Source: Octopus vulgaris
Taxonomy: Eukaryota
DNA: 64,000 bases
Reading direction: 5' to 3'
Assembly: GCA_951406725.2 (NCBI GenBank)
Contig: OX597819.1
Coordinates: 70,494,001 to 70,558,000 of the forward strand
Positions 13,390 through 28,791 of the stretch are shown piece by piece. Below the pieces are notes generated by a model that had not been told where the DNA came from, searched no databases, and was given only the letters and a program-made list of their open reading frames with translations. The position numbers and the translations under genes were made by a program. Position 1 is the first letter of the stretch. Every line of letters starts with the position of its first letter.

Positions 13390-16300
13390 TCATACACACT
13401 CACACATACACCACCCACATGCAGGCACACACTCACACAGACATTCGAACACTCACCTACACATACACACACACACACCTTCACACACATTTGAACACTC
13501 ATATGCACACATGCACATAATCACACACAAATACACACACACATGCACACACATACACAGTCACACACATACACAGGCATACACACTCTCTCTCTCTCTC
13601 TCTCTTTCTCACATACACACACAGACAGTGAGTTGGATGGGTTTATGTTTATGTTAAAGACTGCATTTGGTTACATCTGTTTCGTGCTACTCTCTGAGAG
13701 AGAGTTCAATAAAGTTATCAGGTTCATGAGATGTGATTTTTTTTTACTGACTGAACTGTAAATTGTGCTAACTCTGAAGAAAAAAAACACAGAAAAGCCA
13801 CATAAAAAAAAAACCAATGAATGTAGAAAATGTAAATAATTATTTGTGTCACATGTTTATCTAAAAATGCATGCAATCAGGATTTTTCTATGATGAAGCA
13901 GATATCTTTAAGCATACACACACATACACACGCACACACAAATTATAATTCTTTTTGATTATTTATTTATTACTTTTTTCCGGTGCTGCTCTCATTTTGC
14001 AATTAAAACTGAGTAACATCATGCCAACAGATCTGCTGTTGGCAATATAGTTAGTGTTTGCGTCTTTTATATATATATATATATATAGGCATGTGGCTGT
14101 GTGGTAAGAAGCTTACTTCCCAACCACATAGTTCCGGGTTCAGTCCCACTGTGTGGCATCTTGGGTTAGTGCCTTCTACTATAGCCTCGGGCTAACCAAA
14201 GCCTTGCAAGTGAATTTGGTAGACAGAAACTGAAAGAAGCCTGTCATATGTGTGTGCTTGTGTGTGTGTGTATCTGTGTAAATGTGTGTGTATATGTATG
14301 TGTGTCTTTGTGTCTGTGTTTGTCCCCCTCCCCACCATCACGTGAAAACCAGTGTTGGTGTGTTTACGTCCTCATAGCTTACTGGTTTGGCAAAAGGAAC
14401 CGACAGAAAAAGTACTAAGCTTGCAATGAATAAATCCTGGGATCAATTTCTTCAACTAAAACCCTTCAAGGTGGTGCTCCAGTATGGTCACAATCAAATG
14501 ACTGAAGCATGTAAAAGACTAAGAGGATCAGCATGGGCATGTCTGTATAGTTTAGAAGCTGGCTTTGCAATCTTATGGTTTCTGTTTCAGTTCCATTGCT
14601 TGGCACCTTGGGTCAATGTCTTCTGCTATAGTCCCAGGTTGCCTTGCAAATTTGGTAGCAGAAAAAACTGTGTGGAGGTATCAGATATATATGTATGTGT
14701 TTGTGTTGTTCCTACCCCCACTATTTGACAATGTTGGTTTGTTTACATCCCCATAACCTAGTGGTCTGACAAAAGAGAATGAGTACCAGACGTAAAACAA
14801 AAAAATAAGGATTGGGGATGATTTGTTGATTAAACCTTTCAAAGCAGTGCCTTAGCATGGCCACAGTCCAATCACTGAAAACATGTAAAAGCTAAAAGAT
14901 ATATGATATATTTTTATCAATAGAAATGCTTCTAGTCTATCACCGAGAGAAAGATAACGCATAAATTCTCTCACATAGTCCACCACCACTACTACCACTA
15001 CCACCAAATTCCAAATGTTTTTCCTTCACTAAGTAATTTCAAAAATAATGAAGAATTTAGTCCTAGTAACTGTCATTATTAAGCTGATGTTCACAACATA
15101 AATTAGCAGACGCGAAGCTTGCTTCCCAACCACATGGTTCCGGGTTCAGTCCCATTGTGTGGCATCATGGGCAAGTGTCGTCTGCTATAGCCTTGGGTCG
15201 GCCAAAACCTTGTGAGCAGATTTGGTAGATGGAAACTAAAAGAAGCCTGTTGTATATATATATGTCTGTGTTTATGCGTGTGTCTTAGTGTCTGTGTTTG
15301 CCCACCCCCCTCACCATCGCTTGACAACCAATGTTGGTGTGTTTACGTCCCGATAACTTAGCAGTTCTGCAGAAGAGACCAATAAAATAAGTACCAGGCT
15401 TACAAAGAATAAGTCCAGGGGTCAGTTTCTTCGACTAAATGGCAGTGCTCCAGCATGACCCCAGTCAAATGACTGAAACGAGTAAAAGAATAAAAGAATA
15501 TTTTGATGGAAGGATTTACTTTAGATCACTTTACAACAAGAAGTTTGTATCATAGCATCAAGGGTGATCTCAGGCAGGTTTGTTTCAAAAGTCGATTAGA
15601 TCAACTCCAGTACGCAACTGGTACTTAATTTATTGACCCCCAAAAGGATGAAAGGCAAAGTTGAACTCAGTGGAATTTGAACTCAGAATGTAACTACAGA
15701 TGAAATACTGCTGAGCATTTCGCCTGGCATGCTAATGATTCTGCTAGCTTGCTGCCTTGCAGAGTGAATGATGTTTTTAATCCTCAAGGTTAATAATGAT
15801 AAGTCACTGAATAAGAAATATTTGATGTCGGGAGTTAGTTTATTGAGTTAAGTTGATTGGTGGCTGGTTGGTTGGTCACATGTTATTTGTGATCCTAGGA
15901 AGAAAAGAAAGGAAGTGGAATGCCTTCTTAGCTGGTTAGAGTGGATTCATATTAAAGGGCAATGACCAACACTAGACTGCTATCCAGATACTATCATCCA
16001 TAGATGAAGGGATATCACAATGAACATTGCACATCAATATCCAAGTTCTGCAGTACCACAGGGAATCTCACAGCAAAGCCTCCTTCTCCATGCATACCTG
16101 AAGACAATCATTTATTGTAATCAATTTCCAACAAGGGAAATAACGACCTATCAATAAAAAAAATCTGTAGAGCATCTAAGAATACCACAGGAAGTAACCC
16201 AACCATTATTCTGTATCCATAGCAATGATCCTGTCTTGTTAATTCTTCACCAATATATGGCTGTAGGTGAGTAGAATCAAAATGATTGAATGGATATAGC

Positions 16301-17847
16301 ATTGGTGTTCTAGTTCAGTGGTCTTGAGTTCAAATTATTTGGTGGGATATAATTTCTATAAGTTGTAGATTATTTGGATTTTGGAATGCTCCAAAGATAG
16401 ACCAAAGCAGTAAATTTATATACACCATGGAAACAGCTTTAGATTAAGATTACTGATGTGTACAATGTGCAACAGTACTGACTGTAATATTTTGTTGCAG
16501 AGAAACTTCTCAAAGAGATGAGTAAATGACCTATCAACTAGCCAGGCAATGGAGTCTGAGATTCATTGGTTTAATTCATTCTTTTTATCAAAATGTAAAT
16601 GGTCATGTTACTCATTAAGATCACAGGGAACCACTTACGGCAGGGGTTCTCAGCCATTTTTAATCTATGGACCCCTTTGACGATTATTTTATTCTGGTAG
16701 ACCCTATGGCCATTTGATGTTTAAAAACTAGTTTTATAGATACTTCTTTCAAAATTCAATTTTGTTTTTCACACATTAACTTGTATAGATTGAATTATGT
16801 AAAATGTTGGAGAAAGAAACATAGCTGTTTCTTACAACACAAACCAACATACACATAAAGCAAAATTTTTTCAGGGGCCCTTAAAATACTATTTTGGATC
16901 CCTAATTTACTGTTTTTGTTGCATGCCCCCACCCCTACCTCCAATTCTTATATGGACCCTGGATGAGAACCACTATCTATCATGTAAATGTGATGGAGTA
17001 GATCCCTCTCTCTCTCTAAGCTATTTGATTACAGCTGAACTCACATGCTTAACATTTCTGGTACCAATCTATCTGAGACTGCCTCTGGTTCTATGATTTT
17101 TGATTTCCTGTTTTAAAAATTATCTGAATTAAAACCTGCCATCAGAATTCTATGTTGATTTATATTTCAAATACCAGCTTAACAATGACAAAGTTATTTT
17201 ACTGTATTCTTCATTATTTTCAAAATTAATTAAGATGCTGACAGTATATTCCGACGAAAGTCTGGTAACAAAAATGGTTTAGGTGTAAGTGGAGTATTAA
17301 GATTGCAACAAATTCACAGACTTGGCTCAACAACCATTTGGTATAGATGGAGTTCAGAAATAACTCTAAAGGGAGTGTTACAGCTTCACCACTGTTTGTG
17401 TGTGTGTGTGTGTATTTACAACCAGCAGGTAATGCCCAGTGAAATTTGTCTGTTAAAGGCTTTGCTAAGCCAACCTCTTCACCATCAAAAGCTACGCAAC
17501 CTCAAGCGTCTCACTTCCATTCGCAAACCCTGTTCAAGCAACATATTCTCATACAGAAGCACATCTACAAATAGACCCATTCCACACACCCCTGCAAATG
17601 CAAACACTTCGCATATAGTCACAAAAAAAAAATGAATAAATGTACCATCTATGTGCACACTATAAATACACACACACACACATGTACATGTGCACAGACA
17701 TGTTCTTCAGTGTTCCAATGTCTACTTTTCATAGCTCCGACAAAAGCTATGTGCTTTCTGAGAGATATAATCTTCTATAGTGATACATTATTTTTTTCTC
17801 TCCCTATTTCTCAAGCACACACACACTTATCAGTACAAATATGTGTG

Positions 17848-17900
<53 letters not shown>

Positions 17901-17937
17901 TCATACCAGCACATGTATGCATGTGTGTGTGCATATA

Positions 17938-17980
<43 letters not shown>

Positions 17981-20867
17981 GCACACACTCACACATATAC
18001 ATACACACAGATGCACATACTCATACACACACGTATTTGCATATGTACCTATGTGGTGTATGTATGTGTGTGCGTGCAGCAAGAACCTATACAATCTTTG
18101 AAATCTTCTACCTGCCCTGCAGTTGTACAAGTGCAAGCCAATGCTACAGTTCCATATCAGACCCGTTGGCCCTTCACAGAAAGAGAGAGAGAGAGAAAGA
18201 GAGATCAAAGACAAATATTGCCTGAAATAGCCGTGTGTTCTGCATCAGATAGTTTTTCTTTGTGGTCAGAACATTCCTCTATTGTATTACTCTCCACTTG
18301 TAATCAATAATGTAAATCTCTCTAATGCAGTTAAGGATACAGAGATGGAGAAAGCGAGAGAGACAGAAAAAGGAAATTAATGAGAGAGAGAGAGAGAGAG
18401 CAAATATTAAGAATCTCAAACTTTTCGTTTATTAGTTTAAAGTATTTTGTTGTTGTGATGATGGTTGTGATGTTTGCGTTGTTGTTCTTGGATGTTTGAG
18501 GCATTGCTGTTTGGAGTTGGTGTTGGTGGGGTCATTGTTCTAGTTTTGGAAGCAGTTGCAGTTGAAACTGGTAGCAGCAGTGGTGGTTCTGTTAGCTGCG
18601 GTGGTGGTGGTGGTGCTGCTGCTTGTACATGTTAAAGTTAGTTGTATTAGTGGTGTTAGTAGTGTTGCTGTTGTTTAGCCCCTGTTCTGTTGTGACCAAA
18701 CGGCCATATAATCAAAAGGCATTCCAGCCATGACCACATCATATCCAATGTGTCCTCTTTCCTAATGTGGGTGTGTAATTTGAGGAAAACTTGGCTGTTA
18801 TTTCTAGCAGGCCAAATGACCACTAAGAGGTTCTTTCATCAGTTCGAAGTTGATGTGAGTGGTGGTGATAGTAGTTGAATTAGAAGTGGTGGTGGTAGTA
18901 ATAATATAAGGTGATGATTGTAGTATTGGTAGACGAAATGTCAGTGGTATATAGCGGTATTAGTTGACTGTGGTGGTAGTGTTAGAGGTGGTGGTGGAAT
19001 GGTGGTGCTTGTACTTTTGCAAACATGTTGTTTTTGGTGATGGTGGCAGTAGTGGTGGTGTTGGTGCTGGTGATAGACTGTGAATTTTACAGTAGAGAAA
19101 TCTAAACATTTTTTTTTCTTTTTTGAGTCATAAATTGATATTTCTATGATATTCCATATATTATCGGAAATCACTATTCTGTGACTGTTGTCTGACCTGT
19201 TGTTGTAGACACAGAATAATTTCTATGTTTTTTTAGTTTAAATACATTTTACCTGGCTATCACCTGCCTTATTTTAACCACCCAATTGAGATTGATTTGA
19301 TTTTGTTAATAAATCACAGACTTATTCTTTTACTTGTTTGTCTTTTTACTGTGGCCATGTTTTTGTGTCTTTATCCCCACCCCACCCCACTGCTTGACAA
19401 CTGGTGTTGGTGTTTTTACGCTCCTGTAACTTAGCAGTTTGGCAAAAGTGACTGATAGAATAAGCACCAGCTGTATTTCATCTGTCTTTATGTTCTGAGT
19501 TCAAATTCTGCCGAGGTCAACTTTACATTTCATCCTGTCAGGGTTGATAAATTAAGTACCAGTTGCATACTAGGTTTGATCTAATCGACTGGCCCCTCCC
19601 TAAAAATTTCTGGTGTTGTACCTAGTGTAGAAAAGAATATTCAATTATAGAAATATAACAGGATTTAAGAAATTTGAAATGGCTATGTTTAAAATAGCAC
19701 CTGAGGAAAGTTGGAATCAAAGGGCGCCACAGGTAAAACAATAATGGTTGAGAACCACTGCTGTATACCATTATAGTCAAGGATGTCTTTAAATTCAGTC
19801 ATAATGGAAGCAGTTTGTTTTTGTCATATTACATTTTTATAATTTTTTATAATGTTTTTGTAGTTTTCATGCTTTCTTTCTTTCTTTCTTCCCAGCAAAT
19901 CTTCGTTTTGAAGTATTTAATGTCGGCAACAAAGTTTTGGTCAGTAAAACAGACATGTTGGAACGAGTTATTTTCTGGACTTGGGTGAACTCTGACATCA
20001 TTGCTATCATAACAGACTCCACAGTCTACCACTGGGACCTCTGGCAAGGTGAGCATTGCTATTATTAATTGTTTAATTAAGGCAGCGAGCTGGCAGAATC
20101 ATTACCATGCCGGTCAAAATGCTTAGCGGTATTTTGTCTGCCGCTACATTCTGAATTCAAATTCTGCCAAGCTCAACTTTGCTTTTCATCTTTTCAGAGT
20201 TGATTAAATAAGTACCAGTTATGCACTGGGGTCGATGAAATTGACTTAATCCCTTCCCCCAAGCTGCCCTTGTGGAAAAATTTGAAATCATTATTAATTG
20301 TTTCATTGAATTTGCATTGCTTAATCACTTCTGCATTCTCAAAATTGTATAACATCATGAGAAACCATGCTCTGAGCATCAAGACCAAGATCCATATATG
20401 AAGTGCTATGTCCACCTTGTGTTAATATATGGAAGTGAGGCATGATCTATAACATCAAGATTGAGAAGGGTCTTGGAGAGTTGTGAAATGTGGTTCTTAA
20501 GGAGAATATTGAGGACAACATGGATAATCAAAAGATCTAATGAAGAAGTGATGAACTCAAGCTGCAATAAATAGGAAACTACTTTTGTGAGATAAGAGCC
20601 AAGCAACTGAGATTTCCAGGTTATAGGATGAGAAAAGAGGGCCCGGAGAATTTTGTGATGACTGGAAAGATTGAAAGGGAAAGATGCAGAAGAAGGATGA
20701 TATGGATGTTAATGGCTGGAAGAAAGAGGAAAGAGGCATTAAACATCAGGAAGAAGTGGAAGTGTTACAGAAAACAAAGAACAGAGAATTGTGGTGGGAA
20801 ATGATCACTTATGTCCTACATTCTGGACATAGCATCTAAAGAAAGGAAAGAATTGAATAATATTCTG

Positions 20868-20911
<44 letters not shown>

Positions 20912-23900
20912 TTCCTCACTGGTATTGTTTTAACATACTTGCATGGGGCAAATGAGAGAACATTGATGCAGAGTTTTCTATAGCCAGATGCCCTTCCTGA
21001 CAACACCCCCATCTGTTGCCATGCAAGGTAATAATCTCCCTGTCTATCAATCAACAGTCCAGATTTTGTTTAATGTGGAGAAATGGCAACAAGCATCGAT
21101 ATTTGAATGAGTCTTTTGTTTACAAATGTTGTAAAACATGTCAAGAAGCCCAACCAAATAACACCATCAGAAAGCCATTGAACAATGTGGCCACTTCTTA
21201 CAACCAGCAATACATGTGAAAACAGGGGAAATACAAATTCACACATGCAAACACATGCATGCGTTCATCTATGCAAGCAGAACAGTAAAAGTATGCAAGA
21301 CTTTACTGAGGTTCAGAATGTGAATTTGTTTTTTAATCTGCATTCTAACAATGACGCTTTGTATTGTTGTTAGAATCCAGCTCCTCTCTTAGAAGAATAA
21401 CTAAAAACACAAGAGAACATACATATATATGTACATTCATAACGTCTATACAACAGGCTTCTTTCAGTTTCCATCCACCAAATCCCACTCACATGCAATT
21501 GGTCAGCCTGGAACTATTGTACAAGACATGAAATTTTTTTTCCCACGAAAGTTCTGGACCCCAGTTATGAACTCATTTGCATACAGCCAACCAGAGCTCA
21601 GCTATCAAACTAATTTATGAGTGCATAACAAGTGATGGGCGATAAGATAAGGTCACTTGGATAAGCAATGACCATGTTTCTTTCCTCTTTTAATAATGCT
21701 TGTTGTTCTTGTTCATGTTTCAATCATAGCTGCCTCTGTATAATTATTTGTGTTGTTGTTTACTTTGTAAAATAGTAAGGGGAGAGGGTTGCTAGCACAT
21801 CACCCTCTACCCACACTTTTCCCATCCACATGGAGCCCTAACAAAATCCGATAATAAGTATAGATGCAAATCTATCTAATTACTTGTCTCCTAAATTCAG
21901 GCGTTACTTGGTAGAGTTTACCAATAGATTGGTTGTTTTTAACATATTCACGAATGTTATGTTGGGTTTTGTGTCTGGGCATAATCTGAGAGCTGAATGA
22001 ATCTGATCCTTCATTATCTGCATAGCTGCCTCTGTATAGTTGTTTGTGTACAACAAGGCAAGGTGAGCTCTGATTGGCTGTATGTAAATGAGTTCATTAC
22101 TGGAGTCCGGAACTCTCATGGGAAAAAATATTTCGTGTACAGGACACTTGCTCAAGGTACGATGCAGTAGAACTGAACCTGGAACCACATGGTTGCAAAG
22201 TGAACTTCTTAATCACACAACCTGTGCCCATCTTCTCATGTACAAGTCACACCCCTAATTTAGTGTTAAACCTTGGTACAAAATTTTTTCCCTTTATTGT
22301 TTTAGCTTTGCCCCATGTACAACTTGCACCTCCAGTCTTTTCAGTTGAGATCAAGTAAAAATGAGTGCAACTTATCAAAATAAAGGATCAAAGATCCTTC
22401 CCAAACCATAGGCTCATAAGGCCAGTTTCCCAGATTCTGTGGTGTATATACTCCCCACCTGAATGGAACACCTGTCCATTGGAGTATTACTCAGTTTTTC
22501 CAACTGAGTGGATTGGAACAACGTGAAATGAAGCATTTTGCTCAAGAGCACAACACGTTGCCTGGTCCAGGAATTGAAACCACAATCTTACAGTAATGAG
22601 TGCAACATCCTAATCACTAATCCATGTGCCTCCTGAGACCCCCTTCGGTCATGACTGAGCCTGGGATTGCACCCAGAAAGTTACCCTCCCAGGCACAAGT
22701 CTGGGCAAGGTTGTTTATGGAAGACCAGTAGTCACCCATGCATATCAGCCTCCCCTCTCCATGCCACCAGTTTTATCCAAGGGAAAGGCAAAGGCTGATA
22801 CAGCTTGGCACCTGTGACGTCTCAACACATTTCTACAGTTGAGTTAACTGGAGCAACAGGAAATAAAGTGTCTTGCTCAAGAACACAATACACAGCCCGG
22901 TCCGGGATTCGAACTCACAACCTCACGATCGTAAGCTCGATGCTTTAACCACTGAGCCATGCATCTTCATGTGTCTCCACAATGCAACATAACAGGAGTA
23001 AAGGTAATATATGTTAAATTACGAATTATAAGCAGCTCTTGTAATGTAAACATTATTGGTTGCACATACCTAGTGTATGTGTTTCATTCATATTCCAAAT
23101 TTGCTGCAAGATGGCATATTTGGCACTCAGCATCATGTGGGGAGCTTTCTTTCAATGGTACCCCACCGGAAATTTAGTATATAAACAAAACACATTCACT
23201 ATGTATGTGCAATCGATAGTATATATTGTTTGTAGATAACCACTATCTCTTCCTCATAGACATTGATGAAAATGTTATGTCTTTATATTGTGACCAACAA
23301 AGAAAGAACAAATTATATTTCTCATATGATAAAGCTCTCTTCTCAGCATTTTTTTTAGCTGAGATCAAAGTGTCGTATATTATAAAATTCTCATTTAAAG
23401 TAGAAGAGAAAAAGAACTTAAAAAGGAGGGAGAAAAATAATCAATAAATCTGAAATTGTTTTAGATCAATGATTATTAAATTTGATTAGGTCGGGTTAGA
23501 GTTGGTGAAGCTGTAGCAACACTAGACTGGTGAAAATGGTATCCTGGTGAAACTGAATGTTCTGAGTTCAAGTTCTGTTGGAGGCCAGCTTTGCTTTTCA
23601 TCTTTGTGATATCAAAGAAATAAGTACCAGTTATATCCTGAGGACAACCAACCACATCACTTCTCATTAGAATGAGCTGCACTGAGTTAACTTGAGGATT
23701 GTTTGTTAGTCATGTGGTGACTTTGATTGATGGTTAATTAATATGAAATGGAGATTAAACTGTTAACAATGAAGTGTTTTATAAAATAGAAAACAAACTG
23801 AGGTTAACGAGTCGCTTCATTAGTATTAAGATGGAAAATGATGAGATTCATTTAAGTTGGCTTATGTGGCACTAGCATGGGTGCGTCAAACGTGGCACCA

Positions 23901-25427
23901 GCATAGTTGCCTTTTACATGGCAACGGTGCTTTTTATGTGGTACCAGCACCAGTGCCTTTTATGTGGTACCAGCACCAGTGCTTTTTTATGTGATACCAG
24001 CACCAGTGCTTTTTTATGTGATACCAGCACCAGTGCTTTTTTGTGTGGTACCAGTACCAGTGCTTTTTATGTGGTACCAGCACCAGTGCTTTTTTTATGT
24101 GGTACCAGCACCAGTGCTTTTTTATGTGGTACCAGTACCAGTGCTTTTTATGTGGTACCAGCACCAGTGCTTTTTTTATGTGGTACCAGCACCAGTGCTT
24201 TTTATGTGGTACCAGCACCAGTGCTTTTTTATGTGGTACCAGCACCAGTGCTTTTTATGTGGTACCAGCACTGACAGGGCCATCAAATGCCTTGCAAGAC
24301 AAAATCCCCTCAACTGGGAGATGGGGAATAGTATGGAGGGGGTGCAATTTTGTGCCAGTTGAGAGGTTTACAGTATAGAGGGGACAGACATAGGTGTTTT
24401 GCTGTAGAGTAGAAAGAAGAGTGAAGAGGAGAATAAGATATATGTATTTGTGTGTGTAAGTAAATATATACATGCCTCTGTGTATGTGTGTGCATGTGTT
24501 TGTTTACATTTGCATTAATCTGAAAAATTGTGCAGTTATGAGCTGTGGTGTTATTGCCACTTCCCCTTATCAATAGGCTGCGCATGGGTTTTGAACCTTC
24601 TAAGACATAGAATAAGAAATCTCTCATTTGAATCAAGCAGTTAACAAGAAGGGTACCTGGCTGCAAAACCATGCTTCTGTAATAGTCATCTAACCCATGC
24701 TATCAAAGAAAAGATAACTGTAAAAACAAACAATCGATTGCATGTCTATATTTACTGGTGTAAAAAAATATATATGGTATCCTAAAATCTCTTTACACTA
24801 GAAGCTAACTTGACCATCCAATAAATAGACATTGATAAAATGTGCACTAAGCTGAAATAAGCAACAGGGTCAATATGATTAAGTGAAGCCCTTAAAGTTG
24901 GCACCGCAGCATAGCTGCAGTCCAGTGGCTGAAATCAATAAAAGTATCATATCTACAACTAACACAGTTAGGTGGAGCTTGTTGTCTTTGCTTTTTCAGC
25001 ATTGGTTATTTTAAATGACAAAGACCAGTTGTTCAGTGTGACAATTAGAAAATGCTATGATATTGATTTACTCAGAGGTTCTGCAGTAAAACTGCTATAA
25101 TAAACCTGACAGGGCCTGCAGCTTATGCAACATGACATTGCCAAACTGACTTGTTCGTTCATTCACTCATTCATTTATTTCATTCATTCATTCATTCCTT
25201 CATTCAAGTCTTTCTACTGTTTTATGTTCATATTTACATATACAGCCATAGGAACAGCTGTGTGCTTACGAAGCTCGCCGCACGAGCATTGTGGTTTTGG
25301 GTTCTGTCCCCATGCATGGAGCTTTAAGCAACTGTCTTTTGCTGTAGCCCTTGGCTAATCGCAGCCTTGCAAATGAATTTGCTAGGTGGAAACTGAAAGA
25401 AGCCCATTGTATATCTATGTGTGTATG

Positions 25428-25474
<47 letters not shown>

Positions 25475-28400
25475 CTGTGTGTGTTGTAGAGCCTCCTACC
25501 TCCTTTTGTGCGTATGTCAATTGTAACAAAGTAACGTGTTTACAACCACATTACACTGTAGCTCAACCATAGTGAGGTTTTGTAATATCTAAAATAATAT
25601 ATCCATCTCGAGACATAGGTTTCATGCAATTATCCTGTGACAAATGTCATTACTCTGTGTATTAGTTTGTTTGTATCCGCGTGGGTTTGCTTTTATTGTT
25701 CACACCACTTGAATCTATTGTTTGGTCTCCGCTGTTCTTGTTACTTTGTTGTATTAGCTACTAAATGACAACAATTCAAAGGTTACCGACAACAAACATT
25801 GAACGACACCATTTGAAGAATTATATAGCATTTAGCCTAGAACATACGCAACTACATCAGACCAATGTCGAGTTCATTAAGTAGAAAGTACATAAAATAG
25901 ATAGTTTATAAAGTACAATTATCACGATAGAAGCAGATCTGAAAAATACAACAGCGTATGCTGTTGAATCTTCAAAGTTCAATACAGAAACATACGTTCT
26001 CTTTCGAAATAGGAACAGAAGAAATTCAACATCCTTGAAAAAGCACAAGCATAAAAGGGACTCTGCACCTCCCGGTTCTGAGATATACGCTGTGTGTACG
26101 TACAATACAATCCTATAATATATGCCCTTGCTAAACAGGAAAAATTTATAATCCTATAACATATACCTTTGCTAAACAGGAGAAATTTGATCACACCATG
26201 TTACTGACATCAAAAACGTTCTAAAAATGTTCGCAATTGTAAACAACTTAGGCACCGACAGAATTACAACAGTTTTGTCAGCGAAAACATGGAGTTATCA
26301 CATCAATTGGATGGTAGAAAGGTCAAGTTTAGCATCATATATACATGTGCACATATACATGCAAGCATTACTAGAGGGCTTCCGCTTATTCTCAATCACA
26401 TAATTCGAACCATGAACACGAAACGTTATACGCATGTATGCATATAAAAACTCGTATATATAAAGAAAGAAATTTTATTCTTTACTAACAAAATCACTTA
26501 ACCATTAAACAATAATTTTCTAATTTGACAAAGTACAGGATATTATGACTCTGACCAACGGACAGAAAAAGCAAGCATTTCTAAAAGAATCATACAGCGA
26601 CTTACACACAGGACAAGAAGAACAAGAAATGTAATCAACGAATTATGGATTAAAACCATTTCTAATACCAAAACAAAAATTATTTTCATAAAAACGTGAC
26701 TGCTGTGCATTTCAAAAATCATGGCTCGTTCAAGAAGAAAATACTCCTTAAAACAACAAATTGATTTTGGTACATAAGTTTATATAAAGAAAACAATAAC
26801 AGACTTGAGGCAAAACAACACAAATAACCAACCTATGAAATAAACGTTCTTCGACAACTCTTTAATATATGGGCATAAGAGATCAACCCAGCGATCAAAC
26901 AATAGAATCAAAAGTTATAAACAATATAACAACCATATAAGTGTATACATGTGTGTGTGTATTTTTTAGCTTTTTAGATATGCCTAAGTTTTTTTTATAT
27001 ACTGGAGATAAAGTGAGGACAACCAATCAGGCTGATATGGCCGATAGAGCAGAAAAAATTAACCAAATTTCCTTCCTTTGAAACTAGTCTCAATTTTCAT
27101 TTGTTAACTGTGACATATCTTCTACAGGTGGAGGTAAATTTAATATCAAGAATTTACGTTATGTTGTATTTTATATACCTGTATTCGTCTATGTTTTCTA
27201 CGTCTATGTTGTTCAAGTGCATGCCACTAGTCAGATTTTTGTATAAATTATGCAAATTACCTAACCCCAACATGTTCCGTTTTTTAATGATTTTATTAAA
27301 ACAAGAACTTATATAGTATGATATTTGATATGCCTCTATTTGTTTACACACACATGTACACACACACACACAAGCACACACGCACATACATACATACATA
27401 CATACATACACACATGTATATTATATACGAGTGTGTGTACGTTTATATGCATGTGTATATATGTATCTGTGTGTGTTTGTGCCTGTATACGTGTACGCGC
27501 GTCTCTGTTTCAGTATCTGTGTTTATATTTGCATCGACTTGAAACACGCGATATTTTATTCACTTCGATGTCTTGCAAACAACTTGCACATGGAAGTGCT
27601 ACCAGTCAAAAGCTCCGTATACCAGAAGCCAGCAAGTGTATGGGGTCATCAGGGGAGAATGCGCGCCGTTTCGAGGCCTACCTCTCGACGGCATCAATGC
27701 GCACCGGCCCCCCTCACTGATATGAGGCCCCGCTTGCTAGATCAGCTGGTTATCAAGTTAAGCTCAATATCCTTCTAGCCATAAGAGATTCAAGAAATGG
27801 AAGCGATAAAATAAATACTTGACTGAAATGCGAATTGAAATCTGTGTTATCGACTAAAGCCTCCGAAGCAGGATCCAGTATATCCGTTGTCCAATGACTG
27901 ATACCAGTAAAAACGTAAAAGAATAATACAAACTCCATCTCAGTTGCAGAGACTGAATTCAACTACATGAATGCTTTTGTCTGTTTTACAAAAAAACACT
28001 ATCCAGGTACATCACCCAGAAATATATATTACTTTGGGTTGAGATAATATTTTAAATAGCTATGAAAGCACAATAACAAATGAAAATATTCAAATAATGT
28101 TGTTTGTTATAATATATTTAGGGGATAAGTATATATACTATAAGAGTTATTCTCTCGTTTCCTACAACGAAACGCTGGTGAGAAAATATATGTCCAATAT
28201 ACGAAGTTAACTCCAAACTTTACAAAATGTTATATTTATATGCTCTGCTTTTTCTACTTTTCCTACTTTCTTCCCATTTAATTTGTTTTGTCCTACTCTG
28301 TCTGTCTGTCAGTCTGTCTTTGTTTATTCTCATACTCTCACGTCATGCTCACAGAAACACACATACACGCACACAGAATACATACCATGCCTTGTGCCTT

Positions 28401-28589
28401 GTAACTGAAAATCGTGACAGAAAACCAGTAATTTTGTTATTCGAGGCATATTTCAAATTCACAGCTATGTTCTTTGAGACGAATGCAATATGAAAGACAA
28501 TGAAATATGAGATTTGCTTTACGGAATTTAACTTTTCTACCCATCTGTCTGTCTAATCAAAAACCAAGTGTATCGTGCAAGACTTCAAA

Positions 28590-28632
<43 letters not shown>

Positions 28633-28740
28633 ATCACGTGACCGACCAGACCATCAGATGCTGTTACACATCGCTGGTCACAATGCGTTCGCATTGTTTT
28701 AGCCTTCTAATGACGCCACCCCGCTGGCTAAGCGAGCATG

Positions 28741-28791
<51 letters not shown>

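Noticed and set aside
17632-18310. 197-aa and 176-aa ORFs, and similar [12 protein letters not shown] ORFs throughout
   Set aside because: They are translations of (TA)n, (CA)n and (GA)n microsatellites.
23927-24272. CRISPR-like array and its overlapping repetitive ORFs
   Set aside because: The units are contiguous with no unique spacers, there are no cas genes, and the context is a eukaryotic intron. The ORFs are by-products of the repeat.
27500-27655. C/D-box snoRNA from CUGAUGA..CUGA on the - strand
   Set aside because: It is antisense to the host gene, with no terminal stem or recognisable rRNA guide.
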